From: a virus
Length of the DNA: 64,000 nucleotides
Virus record (IMG/VR): IMGVR_UViG_3300027747_002638
Strand: one strand, 5' to 3'
How positions within the stretch are numbered: position 1 is the stretch's first letter; each line of letters begins with the position of its first letter. The position numbers and the translations under genes are program-made. Below the pieces are notes generated by a model. It had not been told where the DNA came from. It ran no database searches and saw nothing but the letters and a program-made list of their open reading frames with translations. This document shows positions 51,696-59,370 of this stretch, one piece after another.

Positions 51696-51710
51696 ATAAT
51701 TAATTACACC

Positions 51711-52694
51711 CTAGCCTCTTCTGTTGCAATAATTAAAATTCTTATAAATTTTTTCTATTATATGCTCTTTAGATTCATCCTTTTCTTCTGTTTTTATCTC
51801 TTGACCTGCAGAAGTTTGTATATCTAAATTTTCTTTTTCTTGTATTTTTGGTTTTATTTCTATATCTTCTTTTTTATTAGATGTTATGTTATAAGCTAAT
51901 AAAAGTGAAACCGCTAATGGATCAAAAACACAAACAATTATAAGTATAAACCATTTAACTACTGTTTCTATTTTTACGTTAAAAGCTTCTGCTATAAATT
52001 TATAAGTTCCTATATCTGATTTTGTGATTTGTTGTTTTAAAGAAATAATAGAATTGTCAATACCATTAATTTCAGCTAATAAAGTATTATTAATATTATT
52101 AATTTTTTCTATATTAGATTCTAATGATGATATGCCAGTTTGCATACTATCTAAAGTTTTAGATTTTAATTCTACTGATTTTTTATCTACTATTTTTTCT
52201 TGAGTATCGCTACTAAATAAACCTCCAGATTTTGTAATTGTAGTTGTGGTAGATTGATCTAGAGCTTTTGTTAAATTTGATTCTTGGTTCTTTCTTGTGT
52301 CTGTTAAAGTCTTAATTCTTTCGTTATTTGAAACTATTTGAGTATTTAATGATTGTTTTTTATTCTCTAATAAAACTACTTGGGATTCTATACCATCTAT
52401 ATTGCTTTTAGTTGAGTAAAAGGCTTGACTTAAAAATCCAAATATACCTAAACTAGTAATTGCCATCAATACAATAATCGCCGCTAATAGATATGATCTA
52501 ATAATATTATTAATTTTTTGCCAATAACGATATAAAAAGCTAGTTGCCATTATTTTTCCAAACTCTAAGCTGCTTGCCATAATTATTGATGCTATAAAGC
52601 TACCAGAGAATAGTAAACCTATACCTTTCACAGAAAAGAAAGCCCCGCATCCTGCTAATAATAAAGCTGACAAGCCTAATAAGTATTTAAACAT
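51711..52694 (-). CDS. Membrane protein with periplasmic coiled coil
   Basis: Three N-terminal TM segments, coiled coil, fourth TM VFDPLAV. Confidence 0.7.
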   Translation of the reverse strand: MFKYLLGLSALLLAGCGAFFSVKGIGLLFSGSFIASIIMASSLEFGKIMATSFLYRYWQKINNIIRSYLLAAIIVLMAITSLGIFGFLSQAFYSTKSNIDGIESQVVLLENKKQSLNTQIVSNNERIKTLTDTRKNQESNLTKALDQSTTTTITKSGGLFSSDTQEKIVDKKSVELKSKTLDSMQTGISSLESNIEKINNINNTLLAEINGIDNSIISLKQQITKSDIGTYKFIAEAFNVKIETVVKWFILIIVCVFDPLAVSLLLAYNITSNKKEDIEIKPKIQEKENLDIQTSAGQEIKTEEKDESKEHIIEKIYKNFNYCNRRG

Positions 52695-52698
52695 AAGT

Positions 52699-52932
52699 TC
52701 AATTTTTTGATTTATAATTGCCACCTAATCCTAAAAAATTGGGCTCGCGCACAGAATATAAAGGTTTGGCCGTGGTAATTTTTGGTAAATTATTATCAAT
52801 GTATTGTATATTATTTTGGATTGGCTCATTTGGTTTGTTTTTGTTTGATTTTAAGATATTGGTCTGACTAATAAGGTAATATAAAGATCCTAATAATATT
52901 GTTAAAGCTAATAATTTGATATTGTGTTTCAT
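52699..52932 (-). CDS. Small membrane-anchored protein
   Basis: N-terminal TM; GTGTAA 10 nt upstream. Confidence 0.5.
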   Translation of the reverse strand: MKHNIKLLALTILLGSLYYLISQTNILKSNKNKPNEPIQNNIQYIDNNLPKITTAKPLYSVREPNFLGLGGNYKSKN

Positions 52933-52942
52933 ATAATGTAGA

Positions 52943-52965
52943 TTACACTAGTTAATATGGTGTAA
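52943..52965. promoter_or_regulatory. Divergent pair of GTGTAA late-type promoter motifs
   Basis: TTACAC at 52943-48 and GTGTAA at 52960-65, 10 and 9 nt from the two divergent ATGs. Confidence 0.65.
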
Positions 52966-52974
52966 TTTGCATAT

Positions 52975-53811
52975 ATGCCGTCTGGTAAAAAACATACATT
53001 TATTAACAGAACTGTGCAAGGTAGTCCTATATTTTATGAAGGATTAAAATCTATTATTTTTCAAGAAGCAAGCAATTACTCTATAAACTATGGATATTTT
53101 GATTATGCTACTTATGGTAATGCTGTTGCGTTTGTGCAAGAACCTTCTGTGAACGTTATTATAAATTATGTTATAAACCTTGGCGCTGGGAAAAGATCAT
53201 GGACATTCTCCCCAACAAATCCTGCTCTTCCAGTTTTAGAAATAATATTAGATTTTCCAGGCACGAATAATGAAAATGCTCCTCCTTATAAACCAATTTG
53301 GGGTTTAAGTTATTCATTAGGAGATTTTGGTGGAGGTCATCCACCTTTTAGTCCAAATGGAACAGAATATAATATAACTGTAAATCCTGCTCTTACTTGC
53401 TATAACTCAGAAGCAGAAGTTCTTATGGAAGGTTGGTACGCTGGTCCTAGAATCTTAACTCGTGATAACGAAAATCTTTATACTTATTATGTGGGTGGTA
53501 ATCCTGGAGATGAAACTTTAGATAGGACAAACTCTTCGAGTCTTTGGGTTTATAGAAATGTTGGAGATGCAATCGTAACATCTTTAACGGTTGCACCTTT
53601 TCCTTGGCAAGCTGAGTGGCCATCACCTTTTGTATCTACTAAACTTTTGCCATCTTGGAAGGGTGGAAATATTTATAATATTGGAGATATAGTAACTTTA
53701 GGTGGATTTAATTGGATATGTTTAGCTTATGCACCTGCAGGTTATGGACCATATGGTGGTTATTTAGATGGTACTGCAAATGGTACAATATATTGGCAGC
53801 TTCTCCCATAG
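52975..53811 (+). CDS. Protein with C-terminal CBM5/12-like carbohydrate-binding domain
   Basis: W..G.IYNIGDIVT.GG..W.CL…W. Confidence 0.6.
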   Translation: MPSGKKHTFINRTVQGSPIFYEGLKSIIFQEASNYSINYGYFDYATYGNAVAFVQEPSVNVIINYVINLGAGKRSWTFSPTNPALPVLEIILDFPGTNNENAPPYKPIWGLSYSLGDFGGGHPPFSPNGTEYNITVNPALTCYNSEAEVLMEGWYAGPRILTRDNENLYTYYVGGNPGDETLDRTNSSSLWVYRNVGDAIVTSLTVAPFPWQAEWPSPFVSTKLLPSWKGGNIYNIGDIVTLGGFNWICLAYAPAGYGPYGGYLDGTANGTIYWQLLP

Positions 53812-54186
53812 TTTGTTTTGGTTGTATATAAAAAACACTTTATAACAAAAATAGCCCCGCGGATTTTTTTACTTCTAAGTATATTCATTTGTATTGATTT
53901 TTTATAGATTTAGAAAAAGGGGTAGGGGTATATATAGGAGTATAAATAAAGATAAGATAAAGTATAAGCTATTTATTGTATTTAAATTAGGTATAAATAA
54001 GTAACATATTAAAATAATGTGGAGATTGAAGATAGCCCCCTCCTCTCTCTTTTGAGTTTTAGAGCGAAGTAATTTTTTCAAAAATGGGGTAGCCCATAGG
54101 CGAACTCAAACCTAGAAACACAGGCTAGGGATCTATATAAAAAATAAAAAACACAGAAAAAATGGGGTGGGGGTTTAGCGCTTTCT

Positions 54187-54213
54187 CTAAGTCGTTGACT
54201 ATCAATGAAATTT
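54187..54213. repeat. Single 27-bp palindrome (half element)
   Basis: CTAAGTCGTTGA-CTA-TCAATGAAATTT. Confidence 0.8.
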
Positions 54214-54228
54214 AACTGAAGAAATATC

Positions 54229-54256
54229 TTGTGATAATCCTATTCTGTGATAGATT
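54229..54256 (+). promoter_or_regulatory. Early sigma70-type promoter, leaderless
   Basis: TTGTGA-16-(TG.)TAGATT-6-ATG. Confidence 0.75.
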
Positions 54257-54262
54257 ACCTAT

Positions 54263-54412
54263 ATGAAGAAATTAAGCAAATATGAACAACTGATCGCAAA
54301 CCTCAACAAGGCTAGCCAAGACCTTAAGGATGCCTCTACCAAGGCTATCGCTACTCTTGACGCTCACGCCAACAAGGTGGAAGCTATCCATCAGGAAGCG
54401 ATGACCAAATGA
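54263..54412 (+). CDS. Small coiled-coil protein (49 aa), paralogue of 55616..55804
   Basis: MKKLSKYEQLIANLNKASQDLK vs MKRKTKLEILLGNLDKASADLK. Confidence 0.7.
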   Translation: MKKLSKYEQLIANLNKASQDLKDASTKAIATLDAHANKVEAIHQEAMTK

Positions 54413-54492
54413 ATCAAATAGAAATCATCCTCACCCTTACCATCGTAACCATTCTTATCGGAATCTACGCTATGGTAACAGCTAAAAAATAA
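54409..54492 (+). CDS. 27-aa membrane peptide
   Basis: MNQIEIILTLTIVTILIGIYAMVTAKK; ATGA overlap. Confidence 0.5.
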   Translation: MNQIEIILTLTIVTILIGIYAMVTAKK

Positions 54493-54531
54493 CCCTTGAC
54501 GAAACATAAACAGAAAGGCAATATACAACCT

Positions 54532-54951
54532 ATGAAACAAAACCTCAAAATCAGTTACCAAACCTTCGGCGAAAACAATGCTTACCTTCTCGAAGGAAGT
54601 ATCAAACAGATCAATCACTTCTTCAATTCAATATATAATTGGGAAGGAACTAACGGCAAGTTGCACGATATGGGCAACGGCAAAGCGTTTTACTTCTACG
54701 CTCATCCAGATGATGTGATGAAAGCTCTTACTAAAGTTGCGTTGCATAGCTTGGTCAATAAGATTAACGCTAAGGGACGCAAGGGTGGACTGCTTGACCT
54801 TGCCAAGGCCAAAGCACAGAGCATCGTGGATGCTATGGGTCAGACTTGTTTCCTATGGGGTGCAAGTAGCTCCGAGGGATACAGCCTTGGAACTATCAGT
54901 GCAGAGAAACCCTCTGACTACTGCGGTGCAGTCAGCAACGGAAGGGACTAA
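54532..54951 (+). CDS. Early hypothetical protein, paralogue of 61817..62203
   Basis: Shared YNW.GTNG.L and SLGTISAEK; start moved to the ATG at 54532, after TTGACG…CAATAT. Confidence 0.7.
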   Translation: MKQNLKISYQTFGENNAYLLEGSIKQINHFFNSIYNWEGTNGKLHDMGNGKAFYFYAHPDDVMKALTKVALHSLVNKINAKGRKGGLLDLAKAKAQSIVDAMGQTCFLWGASSSEGYSLGTISAEKPSDYCGAVSNGRD

Positions 54952-54955
54952 TCCT

Positions 54956-55333
54956 ATGACAGCAGAACTATTCATCGTAGCATTAACAATCCTTGGCGAA
55001 GCTAGGGGTGAAACCTTTGAGGGTATGGCTGGCGTTGCTAGTGTTATACAAACACGCACCATAGAGCGTAAGCAAACGCCTAGCCAAGTGTGCCTGTCAC
55101 CTAAACAATTCAGCTTCTGGAATGGTGGAGTAAGTGAAGCTACCAAGAAGAAGCTACTGGCAACAGCACAAGGTAAGAACGCTCTATACCTTGCTGATCT
55201 AGTCGTCCATAAACAGATGCCAGACATCGTGAGGGGTGCAAACCATTACCACGCCATCAGCGTCGCTCCTAGATGGGCTAGAGATGCAAGGCTAGTGGCT
55301 ACAATACGCAACCACAAGTTTTATAAGTTGTAA
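54956..55333 (+). CDS. SleB-like cell wall hydrolase (Hydrolase_2)
   Basis: ALTILGEARGE…VASVI..R…KQFSFWN…GANHYHA…P.WA…H.FY; start moved to 54956. Confidence 0.85.
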   Translation: MTAELFIVALTILGEARGETFEGMAGVASVIQTRTIERKQTPSQVCLSPKQFSFWNGGVSEATKKKLLATAQGKNALYLADLVVHKQMPDIVRGANHYHAISVAPRWARDARLVATIRNHKFYKL

Positions 55334-55404
55334 GTAGCTGAATACCAACGACTTGCGAGCGCAGGGACGCACCTTATGTAAGTCCTTTATAATCAGATAC
55401 TTGC
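55330..55404 (+). repeat. 75-bp bipartite palindromic element, copy 1
   Basis: GTAAGTAGCTGA-ATA-CCAACGACTTGC / gagcGCAGGGacgcaccttat / GTAAGTCCTTTA-TAA-TCAGATACTTGC. Confidence 0.9.
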
Positions 55405-55414
55405 AAAGATTCTC

Positions 55415-55492
55415 GATCTTCTGACAAAACCTGAATGAACGCAAAAGATCAGGCCTGATCTTGCAACAAAACCTGATGGAACGCTAAAAATC
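55415..55492. repeat. Two 36-bp direct repeats (42-bp period) around a perfect 18-bp palindrome
   Basis: GATCTT..ACAAAACCTGA..GAACGC.AAA.ATC twice; AAGATCAGGCCTGATCTT at 55445-62. Confidence 0.8.
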
Positions 55493-55566
55493 TAAACCCC
55501 TAACCATTAACGACTTACAAAAGCGACCTCCCTGCAGCTGTAACTCGTTGATGGTGAACGAGATTT
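55492..55566 (-). repeat. 75-bp element, copy 2 (inverted)
   Basis: Spacer reverse complement agctGCAGGGaggtcgctttt; 27+21+27 geometry. Confidence 0.9.
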
Positions 55567-55581
55567 AAATGAAAAAATATC

Positions 55582-55609
55582 TTGCAAAATTTCTAAAATG
55601 TGATAAATT
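55582..55609 (+). promoter_or_regulatory. Early promoter, leaderless
   Basis: TTGCAA-16-(TG.)TAAATT-6-ATG. Confidence 0.75.
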
Positions 55610-55615
55610 AAGAGT

Positions 55616-55804
55616 ATGAAAAGAAAAACAAAATTAGAAATCCTCCTCGGAAATTTAGACAAGGCTTCGGCTGACCTCAAAAAAGCCGTTGAAGAATCCC
55701 AAAAAAGACTCGATGAAAGTTTCGCAAAATACGAACATAAAGTTGAAGTCGCTCATCATAACTCGATGATGGTCAACGAAAAACAAATTGAAGAAATAAT
55801 TTGA
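55616..55804 (+). CDS. Small coiled-coil protein
   Basis: 62 aa; its 3' end contains a half element (55758-55784). Confidence 0.7.
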   Translation: MKRKTKLEILLGNLDKASADLKKAVEESQKRLDESFAKYEHKVEVAHHNSMMVNEKQIEEII

Positions 55805-55828
55805 CTTTTGCAGGAATTGTGGTAAACT
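55801..55828 (+). promoter_or_regulatory. Early promoter with A-rich leader
   Basis: TTGACT-16-(TG.)TAAACT. Confidence 0.75.
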
Positions 55829-55878
55829 ATATACATAAGATAAAAGATAACAAATAACAAAGAAAGAAAAAAAATAAA

Positions 55879-56154
55879 ATGACTCATAGAATGATAAACT
55901 GGAATTTTCAACGAAAACAAATGCGTGAAAATATGCGAAAAAATATGAATGCTTCTGAAGAAGTAATCATAACTAACTCTAACAATACACCAACTTACTT
56001 TGGTAAAATATACCTTTACGAAGGAACTCTAGTAAAAGTTTCTTATAAAACTTCTGCAAATACTGCGGTTGTAACCTTCCTAGAAGGTAAAGATAAAGAT
56101 AAGGTTGGAACTATCAACCTTAATAACGCTAAACTAATAAAGGAAAATAAATAA
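55879..56154 (+). CDS. Early SH3-like small protein, paralogue of 56707..56925
   Basis: LVKV…LEG.DK.K..TI.L shared. Confidence 0.65.
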   Translation: MTHRMINWNFQRKQMRENMRKNMNASEEVIITNSNNTPTYFGKIYLYEGTLVKVSYKTSANTAVVTFLEGKDKDKVGTINLNNAKLIKENK

Positions 56155-56328
56155 ATGAATAACGATAATAAAAAACAATTAACTTCCCAAGAATGGGAAA
56201 TTCAACGCAAAGAAAAAAATCAAGCTCTTTGGGCTAATCGTAAAAAGCGATGGTCTGAATGGAAAAAGAATAATCCTGAAAAGGCTAAAGCTCACGCCTT
56301 ACTAAAGGCAAAACTTAATGGAAAATAA
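56155..56328 (+). CDS. Small basic protein (57 aa)
   Basis: Read by hand: MNNDNKKQLTSQEWEIQRKEK…WKKNNPEK. Confidence 0.6.
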   Translation: MNNDNKKQLTSQEWEIQRKEKNQALWANRKKRWSEWKKNNPEKAKAHALLKAKLNGK

Positions 56329-56332
56329 ATAA

Positions 56333-56530
56333 ATGAACATTCAACAATTCGAAGAACTCTTAAAGAATCACGATTGGACTTACCAAATGAGTGAAGACTC
56401 ATACTACTATCGTAGGGGTCAAAAACAACTTAAAGAAATTGAAGAAGCTATCGCCCAAGCTGGTGAATCAGAATGGGGCGAAGAATATCAAAACCTATAT
56501 AATCAATATCGTAACAAGTTTGGAGTTTGA
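56333..56530 (+). CDS. Conserved phage hypothetical protein (HDW.Y..S.D motif)
   Basis: LLKNHDWTYQMSEDSYYYRRG. Confidence 0.7.
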   Translation: MNIQQFEELLKNHDWTYQMSEDSYYYRRGQKQLKEIEEAIAQAGESEWGEEYQNLYNQYRNKFGV

Positions 56531-56544
56531 CAAAATTAGTTGAT

Positions 56545-56619
56545 GTAAGTTGTTGGATACCAATGACTTACGACGGCAGGGACCCTTGCGTTGCAAGTCG
56601 TTAATGATCAATGAAATTT
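56545..56619 (+). repeat. 75-bp element, copy 3
   Basis: GTAAGTTGTTGG-ATA-CCAATGACTTAC / gacgGCAGGGacccttgcgtt / GCAAGTCGTTAA-TGA-TCAATGAAATTT. Confidence 0.9.
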
Positions 56620-56634
56620 AAATGAAGATTTTTG

Positions 56635-56662
56635 TTGCGTTTTCTCTGAAATATGCTAAACT
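56635..56662 (+). promoter_or_regulatory. Early promoter with A-rich leader
   Basis: TTGCGT-16-(TG.)TAAACT. Confidence 0.7.
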
Positions 56663-56706
56663 ATACTTATAACAAGATAAGAAATAACAAAGAAAGAAAA
56701 AATAAA

Positions 56707-56925
56707 ATGATAACAATAAATAAAGAACTAACTACAGATGAAAATACTTTTCGATATGGTCACGAAAGACTACTCGTAAAGGTTTTCCCTTCTACAATCG
56801 GTTGGAAAACTATGACTGCAACTGCTGAAATCCTCGAAGGTGAGGACAAAGGTAAATGGACAACCATTTATCTTCGTAGCGGATTGTATAATGTCGATAC
56901 AGATTCTCTTGTCTGGTATCGCTAA
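56707..56925 (+). CDS. Early small protein, paralogue of 55879..56154
   Basis: Start moved to the ATG at 56707; same AAATAACAAAGAAAGAAAAAATAAAATG leader. Confidence 0.65.
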   Translation: MITINKELTTDENTFRYGHERLLVKVFPSTIGWKTMTATAEILEGEDKGKWTTIYLRSGLYNVDTDSLVWYR

Positions 56926-56948
56926 ATCGTTAATAATCAAAGAGAAAA
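56922..56948. repeat. Half element overlapping a stop codon
   Basis: CTAAATCGTTAA-TAA-TCAAAGAGAAAA. Confidence 0.6.
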
Positions 56949-56953
56949 AAAGT

Positions 56954-56981
56954 TTGACAAAATAAGAAAGTGTGATAGATT
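56954..56981 (+). promoter_or_regulatory. Early promoter, leaderless
   Basis: TTGACA-16-(TG.)TAGATT-6-ATG. Confidence 0.8.
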
Positions 56982-56987
56982 AAAGGT

Positions 56988-57389
56988 ATGACATACGAAA
57001 AAAGAAAACAAAAAGAAATAGCAACTCAACAAGCCAACAGAGCTGAAAAAGCTAGGCTCACAGCAGAAAAGGCTGAACTTTTCAAAAGTCTCAACATCCA
57101 AATTGGTGACTTCATCGAAATAACAACCTCGAAAGGTAGTGAAGTTTTGTTCGTGGAAGATTCTGCGAATACTTACGACACTTTGCCTTTCCTCAAAAAC
57201 ATTCTTTTCCTCTCATTCAGAGGAATCAATGGTGCTGGCATCGTTGGGATGACTTGTCTCCTCGATGTTGTGGAAGTTAAAAAAGTAAAAGGAAGCATCG
57301 CACTTCTACAAGAAGTTGAACAAGCGATGAAAGTTTCAAACCGAATCTTTCAAAGCTATAACGAAGCTGGAAGTTATAAAGGAGACTAA
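56988..57389 (+). CDS. Early hypothetical protein
   Basis: 133-aa ORF. Confidence 0.7.
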   Translation: MTYEKRKQKEIATQQANRAEKARLTAEKAELFKSLNIQIGDFIEITTSKGSEVLFVEDSANTYDTLPFLKNILFLSFRGINGAGIVGMTCLLDVVEVKKVKGSIALLQEVEQAMKVSNRIFQSYNEAGSYKGD

Positions 57390-57526
57390 TGAAAAAAATA
57401 CTTTTCAAAATAAATAAAAAAACTTTTCGTCTTGCTGTAAAAAATGGTGAGAAGAAAAACTTTTTGCGTGAAAGATTTTTTTACTACATCTCTGCGAGTT
57501 GTTTGAATCTTAGAGACCTCTTGTAA
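57389..57526 (+). CDS. Small basic protein (45 aa)
   Basis: TAATG overlap; stop codon lies inside element copy 4. Confidence 0.5.
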   Translation: MKKILFKINKKTFRLAVKNGEKKNFLRERFFYYISASCLNLRDLL

Positions 57527-57597
57527 ATAACTCACTATCAACGAGTTACGAGCGCAGGGAGGCCCCGCGCGCAAACCCTTGACTATCAACGACTTAC
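57523..57597 (+). repeat. 75-bp element, copy 4
   Basis: GTAAATAACTCA-CTA-TCAACGAGTTAC / gagcGCAGGGaggccccgcgc / GCAAACCCTTGA-CTA-TCAACGACTTAC. Confidence 0.9.
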
Positions 57598-57701
57598 ATA
57601 AGGCTAAACAGGACACATCATTTTAATGTTATGATTTCCTATTAAAATATTTCGTATTTAGTATTAGGCATTCTTCTATTTGATTTTTTATAAAATAAAA
57701 C

Positions 57702-57729
57702 TTGTGCTAAAAATAATCTGTGATACATT
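57702..57729 (+). promoter_or_regulatory. Early promoter, leaderless
   Basis: TTGTGC-16-(TG.)TACATT-6-ATG. Confidence 0.7.
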
Positions 57730-57735
57730 TAATTT

Positions 57736-57900
57736 ATGACAAACGAAATCACATCCCTAGCGACGGAAACCTGCGAGGAAGCCTATGTGGACGCTAATGC
57801 GTTCTTTGACTACATCAATTCCAATGATGTGGTTAACTCGATGCTCGATGCGTTGAGTGGGGTTTACGATTCGGTCGAAACTATTGTGGAGGTCAAATAA
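57736..57900 (+). CDS. Small acidic protein (54 aa)
   Basis: Read by hand; 11 D/E vs 1 K. Confidence 0.65.
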   Translation: MTNEITSLATETCEEAYVDANAFFDYINSNDVVNSMLDALSGVYDSVETIVEVK

Positions 57901-57901
57901 T

Positions 57902-58165
57902 ATGGACTACAAAGCCTCTCTCAAGGAGTGGATGAGTCAGCACATGCTGTCTCCGTTGGATGTGCGCGACATCCTTAACCAGATGCGCGAGGATGACCGC
58001 GCTATCAAATCCGAAACATCAGACGAGCCAAACGATTCTATGGATGGCGACTTCGACTCTGCTATGGCTTCTGCTGGCCACGGCACTGATGAGGATTACA
58101 ATGGTGGATGTTACCAGATGGAAGACTTTGGTTGGGCTGGTGACGAAAACCTCTGTGGAGAATAA
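57902..58165 (+). CDS. Acidic protein (87 aa)
   Basis: Start moved to the ATG at 57902 (GGAGG SD); 22 D/E vs 6 K/R; SAG.GTDEDY motif. Confidence 0.7.
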   Translation: MDYKASLKEWMSQHMLSPLDVRDILNQMREDDRAIKSETSDEPNDSMDGDFDSAMASAGHGTDEDYNGGCYQMEDFGWAGDENLCGE

Positions 58166-58168
58166 TAT

Positions 58169-58306
58169 ATGATTGATATATTCGATGACGAAAAAACCCT
58201 AAAAATTTGGGCAAAAAAAATGTTAGATGATCAAGCTATGGAGCGAGCTTTAGAAACTCAAGCAGAACTTGATTCTGACCATATGCGTGATATGGGAGAG
58301 TCTTAA
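58169..58306 (+). CDS. Small acidic protein (45 aa)
   Basis: GGAG SD; stop codon abuts element copy 5. Confidence 0.6.
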   Translation: MIDIFDDEKTLKIWAKKMLDDQAMERALETQAELDSDHMRDMGES

Positions 58307-58380
58307 TAAGTTGCTAATAGTCAACGACTTACGGCCGCAGGGACGCCGCCGATGTAAATCCTTGATAATCAAAGACTTAC
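58306..58380 (+). repeat. 75-bp element, copy 5 (at the convergence point of the two early arrays)
   Basis: ATAAGTTGCTAA-TAG-TCAACGACTTAC / ggccGCAGGGacgccgccgat / GTAAATCCTTGA-TAA-TCAAAGACTTAC. Confidence 0.9.
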
Positions 58381-58392
58381 ACCAGCAATTTT

Positions 58393-58587
58393 TTACATAG
58401 AGGCTCGCCAACCTTCAAAAACTTCGTCAATCTCTCTCTGCTTTTGCACAAAACTTTTGTTTGTATCGAGTGGAGGATTTTCATTATCACCCCACGGATA
58501 AAAACTTTCTAAATTTTCGTTTAATAGTTTTTCTATATTCATTTTGACATTTTGAATGTTAGAGTTAATCCTAATATCACAAGACAT
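58393..58587 (-). CDS. Hypothetical protein
   Basis: ORF; true start may be at 58542. Confidence 0.45.
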   Translation of the reverse strand: MSCDIRINSNIQNVKMNIEKLLNENLESFYPWGDNENPPLDTNKSFVQKQREIDEVFEGWRASM

Positions 58588-58610
58588 AAAAATATTTCCA
58601 TTTAGACATC

Positions 58611-59246
58611 TTAATGCTTTTTATAATCTATTGCAAACTCATTCTTATCCCAACACTTGCGACAATCACCGCACTTGTTCCCTTGTTTAGAAGATGGGCA
58701 GTTAAAGTTTCCTAGCTTGCTCGCACCGCTAACGCACAAGCCAAGGCGTTGTGCAATTCCTACGGGTGCGGGGCCATCCATCATAAGAGCAGACAAACGG
58801 ATGGTAAGATTACTAGGCACTTCTCCACCTTGTTCGATATAGGTTGAGACAAAAGCATATTCACGAGTTGGAAGCCAAAAAGAAATGTGAGGAAGATTCT
58901 TTGCAATCTTCACAATCTTTTCAATATGCCAAACACCTTGCAAGTCTCCTGAATCGTGCCACCTGAAATGTGGATTCTTAACTTTACCAATCAAATAAGT
59001 CATAGCGTCCACCCACAAATCGTTAGTAAGAGAAGCGAAACGCTTTTCCATAGCTTTCTGAACATTGGGGAAAACATAACGCCCTTTAAGAGCATAGCAA
59101 AAAGCACAAATGCTTCCTACAACATTCCGCATTTTTTGCCCGATAAGACAACGTTTTGCGGGCGTTGAGTAAGCATATCCAGGCATCTTCGAGGGTTTTG
59201 AGAGTGTGCCAACAATCTCTTCGGCTTGTTTTTTGTTTTTGAACAT
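58611..59246 (-). CDS. GP88-like (radical-SAM-related) phage protein
   Basis: SKMPG…C…ICAFCYA, FRWHDSGD, FWLPTRE, NLTIRLS, CP…CGDCRKCW. Confidence 0.75.
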   Translation of the reverse strand: MFKNKKQAEEIVGTLSKPSKMPGYAYSTPAKRCLIGQKMRNVVGSICAFCYALKGRYVFPNVQKAMEKRFASLTNDLWVDAMTYLIGKVKNPHFRWHDSGDLQGVWHIEKIVKIAKNLPHISFWLPTREYAFVSTYIEQGGEVPSNLTIRLSALMMDGPAPVGIAQRLGLCVSGASKLGNFNCPSSKQGNKCGDCRKCWDKNEFAIDYKKH

Positions 59247-59252
59247 AGAATT

Positions 59253-59280
59253 AGATTAACACTTTTTTTTCTTGTGACAA
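59253..59280 (-). promoter_or_regulatory. Early promoter, leaderless
   Basis: TTGTCA-16-(TG.)TAATCT-6-ATG. Confidence 0.75.
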
Positions 59281-59295
59281 GTTTTTTTTACAATT

Positions 59296-59370
59296 AAATC
59301 TCGTTGACTATCAATGACTTACGACGGCAGGGACCCCGCTTGCGTAAGTAGTTAATACTTAAGCAGTTAC
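59296..59370 (+). repeat. 75-bp element, copy 6
   Basis: AAATCTCGTTGA-CTA-TCAATGACTTAC / gacgGCAGGGaccccgcttgc / GTAAGTAGTTAA-TAC-TTAAGCAGTTAC; overlaps the ardC stop. Confidence 0.9.

Noticed and set aside
53915-54175. G-quadruplex
   Set aside because: G-runs occur only in widely separated pairs, not as four closely spaced tracts.
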